This document shows, piece by piece, positions 10,127 through 18,244 of a stretch of DNA of 64,000 nucleotides (position 1 is the stretch's first letter; the number at the start of each line of letters is the position of its first letter). Both the position numbers and the translations under genes were made by a program. The notes beneath the pieces are model-generated. The model saw only the letters and a list, made by a program, of their open reading frames with translations. It ran no database searches and was not told the DNA's origin. Origin of the DNA: a virus; the IMG/VR virus record IMGVR_UViG_3300032323_002843, positions 23,909-87,908 of that record. One strand, 5' to 3'.

Positions 10127-10810
10127 TTATTTTACTAACATCAAGTAAGCCAATCCACCAATCACTACATAGCTTCCTATGCGTTGGAATTTAGATTTTA
10201 CTTTTAACTTGTTGTATTGTAATTCTAATTTTTGATATTGTCCTTCCCATCCTGTAATTTCTTTATCTTTATTAAGGATGATGTTTTTGTAGTTAAGTTC
10301 TTTATTAGCATATTTTCCAATAATACTATCTTTAACAGTTACTTTACTTTCTAATGTAGTGATAGAACTATCTTTTAATACAATAATTTGTTTAGCACCA
10401 TCTAATTCTACTAAATCCTTAGCAACACTTACTAATACTGGTTGTGCTACTGGTAATGGGTTAGTTACTGTATCTTTAGGGTAACGTCTGTTAAGTGAAC
10501 TGATTAATTCTTGTTCTGAATAAGAATCAACATTATTTTTCTCAATTTCAATTGTTTCAACAATCTTAATCACTTTTACTTTTTGATGTGCTAATTTATC
10601 TTCTAAAACATCACTAACTTGATTTAATGAATCAATTGCAGCATCTTCTTTAGCGATTTGATCATATAATGAATCGTTTACTTTATGTAAGCTATCCATT
10701 TGAGATAAAAATGCTTTATGCTCAACATTGTTGTTACATTTTTCAAATAATACACTACCGATTAATATTGCTATTACAGCAAATAAAACAATTGGTAAAA
10801 CTTTTTTCAT
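10127..10810 (-). CDS. Membrane-anchored coiled-coil protein (possible spanin-like lysis protein)
   Basis: N-terminal hydrophobic helix, long coiled coil, C-terminal hydrophobic tail. Confidence 0.55.
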   Translation of the reverse strand: MKKVLPIVLFAVIAILIGSVLFEKCNNNVEHKAFLSQMDSLHKVNDSLYDQIAKEDAAIDSLNQVSDVLEDKLAHQKVKVIKIVETIEIEKNNVDSYSEQELISSLNRRYPKDTVTNPLPVAQPVLVSVAKDLVELDGAKQIIVLKDSSITTLESKVTVKDSIIGKYANKELNYKNIILNKDKEITGWEGQYQKLELQYNKLKVKSKFQRIGSYVVIGGLAYLMLVK

Positions 10811-10815
10811 ATATT

Positions 10816-11763
10816 TTATTTTTTTATACCTGCGTAATATTGCATTCTACCTTTTACCCATTCATCTAATGGTTCTTCTGTTTCTACATCTTCGATATCA
10901 ATAGGCTCATATTTTTTACCTGTAGCCTTTTCTTGACGTTGTTGTAAGTATTTAGAAGAAGCAACTGCGTCAGCGATACGTTTTTCTAATGATGCTTTTA
11001 AATCACGTAAACGTTGTAATTCGTCTGATGGTCTATCACCAATATCACCAGCAACACCTTTTGATTTCTTTAATTTTAAGATGTTAGATTTAGTAGCAGC
11101 TAAACGATTTTCTAAATCAGAAACTTTCATAAATGCTTCATAATCAGCATCTGACATTTTAGCAGCAGATACATCTGCTTTTTCAATATCACCAATTTCT
11201 GGTTCTTCATCTCCAGCAGCCATTGCTTTAGCAAAAGTAGCATCAACTTCTTCATCGCTCATATCACCTTGAATAAAACCAAATTCATCATCGGTGGTTG
11301 CTTCAGCACCAGCATCAGCAGCAGGGCGACTTAAACGTGGAGCGCTTTGTGTACCTGATGGTACAATTGTACCATTAGCAACAAGAGCCATAAAATCAGC
11401 ATTAATTGGATTTTGCTTATCATATCCTAAAGCACCAGCTACATCAATTTTTGACATTGGTTCTTCTGTAGACTGCATTGCAGTGATAATTCTAGCTTTT
11501 TTACCAGTAAAATCAGCAGCAGCTGCATCAGGAGCTAATTCATATCGTACTGCAACGTTTGCCATTTCGTCAATTTCTTCTTCAGTAATATCTTCTCTAC
11601 CTGAAGATAAGTCAGATTTTTGTGCCTGCAAAGCTTTAATTTTAGCATCAATAGCTTTCATTTCAGCGTCTTTAGCCGTTTTTTCAGCAGGAGATATGTC
11701 CGCTTCGTTTACTGCCTCAGCAATAGCGGTGCGAATCATTTCTTTTAGTTCAGATCTTTTCAT
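10816..11763 (-). CDS. Probable head-internal protein (start revised to MKRSELKE)
   Basis: ELKEMIRTAIAEAVNE tag; C-terminal GRMQYYAGIKK; late motif at 11785-11792. Confidence 0.65.
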   Translation of the reverse strand: MKRSELKEMIRTAIAEAVNEADISPAEKTAKDAEMKAIDAKIKALQAQKSDLSSGREDITEEEIDEMANVAVRYELAPDAAAADFTGKKARIITAMQSTEEPMSKIDVAGALGYDKQNPINADFMALVANGTIVPSGTQSAPRLSRPAADAGAEATTDDEFGFIQGDMSDEEVDATFAKAMAAGDEEPEIGDIEKADVSAAKMSDADYEAFMKVSDLENRLAATKSNILKLKKSKGVAGDIGDRPSDELQRLRDLKASLEKRIADAVASSKYLQQRQEKATGKKYEPIDIEDVETEEPLDEWVKGRMQYYAGIKK

Positions 11764-11791
11764 TTTATCGTTAATGTTATGCATATAAATA

Positions 11792-12310
11792 TTAAATGTT
11801 TTGTAAAATTGTAGCGATACGTTCCTCAGTTGTACCCTCTATTGTAATTAGTCGTTGTGGTGGATATTCAGCTAAAGACATTTTAATAACCTCATCAATT
11901 TTACGTCTATAATGTAAATCAGTTTCACGAACACCATTATCTTCCATAATAACACCACGAGGATCAACATAAATAACTAAATCATATTGATTACGAAGCA
12001 TCATAGCTGCTTCAACAAATGTACGTTTATCAAAATCACTAATTGATTTAGCTCCTAATGTAAATGCACATACATCCCATATTGTTCTGTCTGTAATGAT
12101 ATTTGGTTGTAGTAATTCACTAGCACGTTCAGCTAAAAATACAAACTGACCTGGTAATGTAGAATCAGTATTCAATGGAATACCTAAATCACGTAAGTAT
12201 TTACTACGCTCAGTATGTACACTATGATCTTTAAATTGATCTAATTCACCTAATGCTCTAGCTAATGTAGTTTTACCTACACTCATTGTACCTGCTAATC
12301 CTATTCTCAT
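11792..12310 (-). CDS. P-loop nucleotide-kinase-like protein (NadR/Ttd14 AAA_28-like)
   Basis: GTMSVGKTT Walker A, ITDRT, EDNGVRE. Confidence 0.8.
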   Translation of the reverse strand: MRIGLAGTMSVGKTTLARALGELDQFKDHSVHTERSKYLRDLGIPLNTDSTLPGQFVFLAERASELLQPNIITDRTIWDVCAFTLGAKSISDFDKRTFVEAAMMLRNQYDLVIYVDPRGVIMEDNGVRETDLHYRRKIDEVIKMSLAEYPPQRLITIEGTTEERIATILQNI

Positions 12311-12552
12311 TTATTTCTATTATTTATTTTTTTCATTTGACGTGCTGTCTTCTTTTCCTGCTTAGCTTGCTTTATTTGTTGCTTAATAGCCTTTTCAGCA
12401 CCCGCCTTATACTTAATATCAACGTTAATAGGACCATGAAATTTATTTAAATCGTATGTCCATGTTTCAATAGTATATTCATCTTCATAAACACGAGTGA
12501 ATTTACGTGGTGCTACTGCTGGTTCTATTACTGCTGGTCTTCCTCTACTCAT
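12307..12552 (-). CDS. Small basic hypothetical protein
   Basis: Intact ORF in the operon with an N-terminal RGRP. Confidence 0.55.
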   Translation of the reverse strand: MSRGRPAVIEPAVAPRKFTRVYEDEYTIETWTYDLNKFHGPINVDIKYKAGAEKAIKQQIKQAKQEKKTARQMKKINNRNK

Positions 12553-12579
12553 ATAATAAAGATATAATCTTTACTCTGC

Positions 12580-12810
12580 TTAAACTCTAGCGCCTGCTGC
12601 TTTACCAACTGCGGTTTTGTAAAACGGAACACCATTAGCATCTTTTTTAGCTGCTTCCCATTGAAATTTAGAGTATTTGATTCCAAATAAATAATATTCA
12701 GCAGCACGCTTATTACCTTGTGGAATGTAAGCGGGGCCATCAAAATTATGCATTTTACCATCTAAGTAGTGTACAATACTACCATCTGTTGTTTTAATTT
12801 TTTTAGTCAT
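12580..12810 (-). CDS. Small protein with an HxxDGPA repeat unit
   Basis: GKMHNFDGPAY...EYYLFG motif. Confidence 0.7.
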   Translation of the reverse strand: MTKKIKTTDGSIVHYLDGKMHNFDGPAYIPQGNKRAAEYYLFGIKYSKFQWEAAKKDANGVPFYKTAVGKAAGARV

Positions 12811-12815
12811 TGTTT

Positions 12816-14117
12816 TTATTTTATTAAATTTTCTGCAATATAAATCCCATGTGCACCTGATACTGTAATACCTCTAGCTGATAGGGCATCACCAGCAAAG
12901 TGTACATTTGGATATTCTGTTAATGATAAGTTATCATAGTTTACTAATGGTTCAGGTGATAAGTACTTTACTTCAGGCATATACATACCCCAATCATCAC
13001 CAAATTCAAATACTTTATCCATTGATAGTATAAAATCATGAATGTAGGTAGCATATTCTCCTAATACTTCATAAAACCTAACTAAAGTATCAACTGGATA
13101 AGCAGCCACAGTTGTTCCTTCGGATGTTAATCCTGGGGTGCGAGTACGGTTGGGAGAATAATATAATCCTTTTCCATTAACTTGTAGTTTTGATACTACA
13201 TCTCTACTCCACTTAAATGGATCTTCAATACCCTTAATTTCCATTAATATACCAAAGTTAGTCATATCATTTCTAAATTCTTCACCTTTCTTAGCGTGAC
13301 CATTGTAGCTAACATCACCATATGTTTCTTCTACAGCAACATAAGCTGCATTGTTATTAGTACAGAACGATCTTAAAGATACATTATCAAATTTTTGATA
13401 TAACTTAAAGTCATAAGATACATCAATTAATTTCTGGAAGTATTTTTGTGGTGCTTCAAATCGAACACCAATTTGTACTGATTTAGGTTCATTAGGTAGT
13501 TTATAATCATCAGCTAATTTTTGAGCAAAATCAATACCTGATTTACCTACTGCAAATATTAATTCATCATAATTAGTAAAGGCTCCTAATTCTTCTTTAC
13601 TATTAGTAGCTGTTATATAATTTTCCTTAAAATTAATACTAGTAACCTCAAAGTTCCAAGCAAATGTAACACCTTTATCTAACAAATATTGATACCATGT
13701 TTTAGCAATTTCATGTAAGAAATTAGATCCAATGTGCCATACAGGGAACATTCTCAAACCAAAATATGGTTTAATAAATTCAGGTTCTTCCTGAGGATCA
13801 GACATGAATATTTCTTCTGGTTTAGGGTGGAAGCGAGTAAAGTTATCTACTACTTGTTTCATTAATTCCATTGCTTTTTCTTCACCACAGTATTTTGATA
13901 GTTGACCACCAATTGAGGTGTGGTATGTTAATTTACCATCACTCCATCCACCAGCACCAAGCATACCAGTCATTACCTCTTCAGGTAAGCGGTTAATTGG
14001 GTCATTACCCTTATCTATAATTGTGATTAGGCTACCATCATAGCCATTATCTACTAATTTAGTAGCGGCATTAATACCTGCTACTCCTGCTCCAATGATT
14101 ACTATTTTCTTATTCAT
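12816..14117 (-). CDS. FAD-dependent oxidoreductase/dehydrogenase
   Basis: IVIIGAGVAG Rossmann motif, GAGGWSDGKL, IGVRFE, RSFC and HFAGD motifs. Confidence 0.88.
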   Translation of the reverse strand: MNKKIVIIGAGVAGINAATKLVDNGYDGSLITIIDKGNDPINRLPEEVMTGMLGAGGWSDGKLTYHTSIGGQLSKYCGEEKAMELMKQVVDNFTRFHPKPEEIFMSDPQEEPEFIKPYFGLRMFPVWHIGSNFLHEIAKTWYQYLLDKGVTFAWNFEVTSINFKENYITATNSKEELGAFTNYDELIFAVGKSGIDFAQKLADDYKLPNEPKSVQIGVRFEAPQKYFQKLIDVSYDFKLYQKFDNVSLRSFCTNNNAAYVAVEETYGDVSYNGHAKKGEEFRNDMTNFGILMEIKGIEDPFKWSRDVVSKLQVNGKGLYYSPNRTRTPGLTSEGTTVAAYPVDTLVRFYEVLGEYATYIHDFILSMDKVFEFGDDWGMYMPEVKYLSPEPLVNYDNLSLTEYPNVHFAGDALSARGITVSGAHGIYIAENLIK

Positions 14118-14170
14118 AAATTAAATTAAACATGTAAATATAATAAAAAATTTTGCCTTTTCAAAATAGA

Positions 14171-14199
14171 AGGTGGCCCACCTTTTGGGGTGGGCCACT
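14171..14199 (-). terminator. GC-rich hairpin (probable terminator)
   Basis: gtggcccacc-ttttgg-ggtgggccac perfect 10-bp stem. Confidence 0.7.
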
Positions 14200-14251
14200 A
14201 CTCCAATATGATTATCTCTTACGAGCGAACGGGCAATGAATCCGTTCTGTC

Positions 14252-15112
14252 TTATTCTTCTTCGTCTAGTCCTTCTTTTTTAGGTTTACTTTTACCATAA
14301 GTTGGTTCAAAGTAAATCACAAATCTTACTTTTAATTTATTTCCTATTTTAAAGCTAGTTTCTCTATCAGTTGGACCTTGTATTAATGATGTTTTAATCA
14401 TACTAGCAAAGTCTAATTTTTCTAATCCTGTTTTGATTTGTTTTTCTAAAACATCACCCATTTCATCTACGTTAGTTCTAGAAGCAACATCTTGTCCAAA
14501 TGATAATTCTCTTAATAATTTACCATATACTACTCTTACTTGTATATCTTTACTAGATGTATTAGTTACAAAAGCGTAGAATTTATCTGCTGAGTAGTAT
14601 GTTGTTTGTAGTTGGGTATTAATTTTATTATCTTTGCTGGATTTAATCTCAACTATTTTACCACCTATAATAGCGTCTTGTCCTCTACCTTTATTAGCAA
14701 CATCGCTAGCTTCAACATTTTTTACTTTATTAGAGTAATTAATAATACATGTTTCTACTTCTTTACCAATATTACTTTCACGCTCAGGCACTAATTCTTC
14801 TCGTCTCCAATCAGCAATAGTATTAACTACTTCAGGAAATACAGTTCTTAATTCGCCCATTTCTGAGGAATAATGTTGTAAAGTGTAAGATGCTAGTTTA
14901 TCAAATACTTCTAGTTTAGTAAGAACACTTTCATCACCAATATATGAAAATATATTAGTTAATTGATCGTCTTGATCTTCATTTAAAAGATCAATATTAA
15001 ATTCTTTTAATATTTCGTCTAATATAGCTTTCTTTTTTGGATTGTTTATATCAACAATCCCATCATGGCATCTAAATGACCATTCACGTAATATTTTATC
15101 TATAACTGTCAT
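14252..15112 (-). CDS. Head-tagged protein with a putative PD-(D/E)XK nuclease fold
   Basis: IDKILREWSFR...LLNE leader, then GQDAIIGGKIVEIKSS (D...ExK). Confidence 0.55.
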   Translation of the reverse strand: MTVIDKILREWSFRCHDGIVDINNPKKKAILDEILKEFNIDLLNEDQDDQLTNIFSYIGDESVLTKLEVFDKLASYTLQHYSSEMGELRTVFPEVVNTIADWRREELVPERESNIGKEVETCIINYSNKVKNVEASDVANKGRGQDAIIGGKIVEIKSSKDNKINTQLQTTYYSADKFYAFVTNTSSKDIQVRVVYGKLLRELSFGQDVASRTNVDEMGDVLEKQIKTGLEKLDFASMIKTSLIQGPTDRETSFKIGNKLKVRFVIYFEPTYGKSKPKKEGLDEEE

Positions 15113-15636
15113 TATGCTGCTGGGGTTTCTTCAGGAGTTTCTTCTTCTGCTGGAGGTGTTTCTGATGGTATTTCAGCAGCAGGTGCACTTGTAGCTGCGC
15201 TAAATGCTTCAGCACCAGCATCAGGTTTTTTCATTTCACCTGCACCACCATCTTTTTCATCAACAGCATAATCTAATTCTAAAACATTAGCTATGGCTTG
15301 TTGAGCTCTTTCTAATTCACCTAAATTTTGTGTATTATATTTTCTACCAGCTACTTTAACTGTATAATTTTTTCTTCCATCATATCTAATATTAAAATCT
15401 TCTCCATTGATCATTTCAACCATAAAAGTTGTTGGTTTAGGAGCAATAATAGATACATTAGTAACAAAACGAGCAAAAGCAGGAGACATTAATCTTTCCA
15501 TTAGGTCTTTTAAACCAGGAAAGCGATATACTAGATACATTGCTCTTGTAGCTTTCTTTTGGCGTTGCTCTTCTTCTTGAAGTGCTTTACGAACAGCTAC
15601 TTTAATGTATTTTTCTAATATTAATTTTTTATTCAT
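15112..15636 (-). CDS. Hypothetical protein, probable head protein
   Basis: ILEKYIKVAVRKALQE leader; APKPTTF; acidic Pro/Ala tail. Confidence 0.65.
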   Translation of the reverse strand: MNKKLILEKYIKVAVRKALQEEEQRQKKATRAMYLVYRFPGLKDLMERLMSPAFARFVTNVSIIAPKPTTFMVEMINGEDFNIRYDGRKNYTVKVAGRKYNTQNLGELERAQQAIANVLELDYAVDEKDGGAGEMKKPDAGAEAFSAATSAPAAEIPSETPPAEEETPEETPAA

Positions 15637-16093
15637 TATCTTTTAGTTCGTGAAAACCTTGAGCTGCTTGCTCAATATAGTTTTCTGCTTTAGCGATATG
15701 GTCTTGAATCCATCCTGGGATATTACGTTCAGTATTGCCAAGTTTTTGTCTTAATTCGATAATTGCTTCTGCAATTGCTTCTAGGCTAGACACAGCCATA
15801 GATACTTCGTGGTCATCACCTTCTTTAATATTAGCAGCTATTGCTTTACGACGATTAGCTAAGTACTTATCTGTTTTATCTACTTTACCATCGTTATTAA
15901 TATCGTCATCTTCTTTACCTACAGCATCTAATTTTTCATCCATAGCACGTTTTGTAGCAGTAGCATACATTACTGCTTCAGCATCTTTGCCATAGCGTTT
16001 TTTAAAGTCGCCTTTTGCTTTTTTCATGCCCTTAACAAGGGTTTCCTTCTCCTTCTTTTCAGAAGAAGTCATCTTTTTTTCTAGTAAATCAAT
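15629..16093 (-). CDS. MIKL-tagged modular protein with an EF-hand-like loop
   Basis: MIKLIDLLE; VMYATATK; DDDINNDGKVDKTD; DHEVSMA...PGWIQDHI. The listed ORF starts at 16105 (GTG) and reads VIKLIDLLE, so the exact start is uncertain. Confidence 0.6.
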   Translation of the reverse strand: MDLLEKKMTSSEKKEKETLVKGMKKAKGDFKKRYGKDAEAVMYATATKRAMDEKLDAVGKEDDDINNDGKVDKTDKYLANRRKAIAANIKEGDDHEVSMAVSSLEAIAEAIIELRQKLGNTERNIPGWIQDHIAKAENYIEQAAQGFHELKDNE

Positions 16094-16475
16094 TAGCTTT
16101 ATCACTTAAAAAACGTAATTTATAAAGTAAAGAATATATTAATGCAACAAGTTCATCTACTTGGTTTTGAATGTATGAATCTTGAGCGATCATACCTCTA
16201 CTTTTTTCAATGAACATTACTAATGTAATAAAGTAAGCTATAATAGCATCACAGCTTTGATATTCTTGCAAAGATACATTACTATATCCTTCAATAATAC
16301 CGTACTTACCTTGATAAGATTCAACTAAACCATCAATAGCATCCACAATCTCTTCGTAAAATTTCTTTAATGCTTTGTGAGCAGCAAATGATGGAGTTTG
16401 CAAATGAAAGATGTGTGCCTGAGTACGGGCAGACATCAATGTTGATATGAATTGTCCTATTATAGCGTTTTCCAT
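16089..16475 (-). CDS. Ferritin/Dps-like four-helix protein (DUF5856-like)
   Basis: QAHIFHLQT.SFAAHKAL..FYE.I....DGLVESYQG...YKLRFL. Confidence 0.78.
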   Translation of the reverse strand: MENAIIGQFISTLMSARTQAHIFHLQTPSFAAHKALKKFYEEIVDAIDGLVESYQGKYGIIEGYSNVSLQEYQSCDAIIAYFITLVMFIEKSRGMIAQDSYIQNQVDELVALIYSLLYKLRFLSDKAN

Positions 16476-16942
16476 TATTTCTTAGCTAATGGTTTTTTCT
16501 TTTCTTCTTTCTTTTCGTCAGCTTTAGGCTCTTCTTTCTTATCGTCTTTTTTATCAGCCTTCTTATCAGCTTTTTTTACAGCTGGTTTTTTAGCTTTTTC
16601 GATAAGACCCATCATTTCTTTAACTTTTTCAGTTTCAGAAGATACTTTACCTTCAACATCAGAAATTTGACTATCAAGCATTTCAGCTAATTTAGCATGA
16701 GCAGCTTTGATTTTTTCTAATTCGTTTACAAATTTTTGCATATGAGCGTATTCAGCTACGAATCCAGATGTTTCACCACCTTCAGCAATTTGGTATTGAC
16801 CCAATGCTTCTCTCATACTTTTAAGGCTTTGTAATTCTTTTTTAAGGTGTACTAATTTTCCACCGCTTTTTGGTAAGCCGCCTTTCTCCATTGCTTCTGC
16901 AATAGCTAATTTAATGACGTTACGTACTTCTGTAATATTCAT
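16475..16942 (-). CDS. Coiled-coil protein with Lys-rich tail, probable head protein
   Basis: ITEVRNVIKLAIAEAME leader; late motif at 16961-16968. Confidence 0.65.
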   Translation of the reverse strand: MNITEVRNVIKLAIAEAMEKGGLPKSGGKLVHLKKELQSLKSMREALGQYQIAEGGETSGFVAEYAHMQKFVNELEKIKAAHAKLAEMLDSQISDVEGKVSSETEKVKEMMGLIEKAKKPAVKKADKKADKKDDKKEEPKADEKKEEKKKPLAKK

Positions 16943-16973
16943 GTTTTGTATTTTATATGTATAAATATGTTAA

Positions 16974-17996
16974 TTAGTCCAAATCCTCGAGACCTGTGTC
17001 GTCTTTAGTTAAATCACGAGCTATGTCGCGCATTTCACCACTAGCCCAATTCTTTTGAGCTGGTGTTAATTCGTCGTTAATTGAATTTTCAATAAATGGG
17101 AAAAAATCGCTATCTGGTAGTTTGTATAATGATGCAAAAAACAATTCACGTACACGTGGATCATCTATTTGGCTTTGGTTATATATAGCAGATATAGCAT
17201 CATAAATAAATTTACCATACTGTAAATCACGAGGTTCATTTGATAATTTGTCCACAGCTCCGACAATCGCTTGGTTTTTTTCTTTATCGGCACCAAAGCC
17301 TTCAGTTCCAACAATTTCATATAATCCTTTTACAATTTCGTGAACGAGCATTGGATAACAAATAGCACGAGCTTTAATTACAAATTGCTCATTTTCTTCA
17401 TCATATTCCATCTCGCTCTCGCCACCTGGTGTATTTTGTTGTTGTGCAATCATAGCTAGCAACATAGCGATTGCATTTTCATCATCATATATACCAAATG
17501 ATAATTTTAATATTTCATTATATTTTTCTACTAATTCTGGGTTGATAGCATCTAGATATTCTTTAAATAGCATAAACCCAAATGCACCACGAATAGACGC
17601 ACCTTGTGTAATACCATTGATGATACGACGTTTAGCTTTCATCTTTTCAGGATCATCTTCACCAAAATCTGGTAATGATGGGTCTTGTTCTTCGTCTGGT
17701 TCAGGTAATTTAATATCTTCCATATCAACTATCTTAGCATCAATTTTGATGTTTGCGTAGTCAATAATTGGATAGGCATCAGTTACCATTTGAGCAGCTA
17801 CCATATCTAATTCATCTCGATACCCATCTTCAGCTTGTACTATCTCAGGTACTAAAGTAGCAGAACGCATAACGGCTTGTCTCAAATCCTTGTTGCCAAG
17901 CATTTGACGTAAAGAAGCCCCCGATTTGCCTTTTAATGTAGCAATCGTTTTAGGTGAAAATATCTTTTCGTATTCTACTTCTGTTAATTTAGCCAT
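16974..17996 (-). CDS. Conserved phage protein with a zincin-like HE motif
   Basis: KRRIINGITQGA and ARAICYPMLVHEIVKGLYE. Confidence 0.65.
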   Translation of the reverse strand: MAKLTEVEYEKIFSPKTIATLKGKSGASLRQMLGNKDLRQAVMRSATLVPEIVQAEDGYRDELDMVAAQMVTDAYPIIDYANIKIDAKIVDMEDIKLPEPDEEQDPSLPDFGEDDPEKMKAKRRIINGITQGASIRGAFGFMLFKEYLDAINPELVEKYNEILKLSFGIYDDENAIAMLLAMIAQQQNTPGGESEMEYDEENEQFVIKARAICYPMLVHEIVKGLYEIVGTEGFGADKEKNQAIVGAVDKLSNEPRDLQYGKFIYDAISAIYNQSQIDDPRVRELFFASLYKLPDSDFFPFIENSINDELTPAQKNWASGEMRDIARDLTKDDTGLEDLD

Positions 17997-18244
17997 TATT
18001 TTTTAGACTTAAAACGTTTAACAATTTTAGCTAACATCTCATCTTCGTTCATTGAAGCCTTTGGTTTTGGCTTAACATCCGGATTTCCTAGTGGACGACG
18101 AGGCTTTGGTTTTTCACCTGGTTTACCTGGTGCTACTGCTGGGTCTGGAGATGTTGATGGTTTGCTAGGTGCTGTTGCAGGTCCTTCAGAAAGTACCTTT
18201 GCAATCACTTCACGAATTACTTCTTTTAATTTATTTTTGTTCAT
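17996..18244 (-). CDS. Small Pro-rich tagged protein
   Basis: KLKEVIREVIAKVLSE leader, Pro/Lys core. Confidence 0.65.
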   Translation of the reverse strand: MNKNKLKEVIREVIAKVLSEGPATAPSKPSTSPDPAVAPGKPGEKPKPRRPLGNPDVKPKPKASMNEDEMLAKIVKRFKSKK

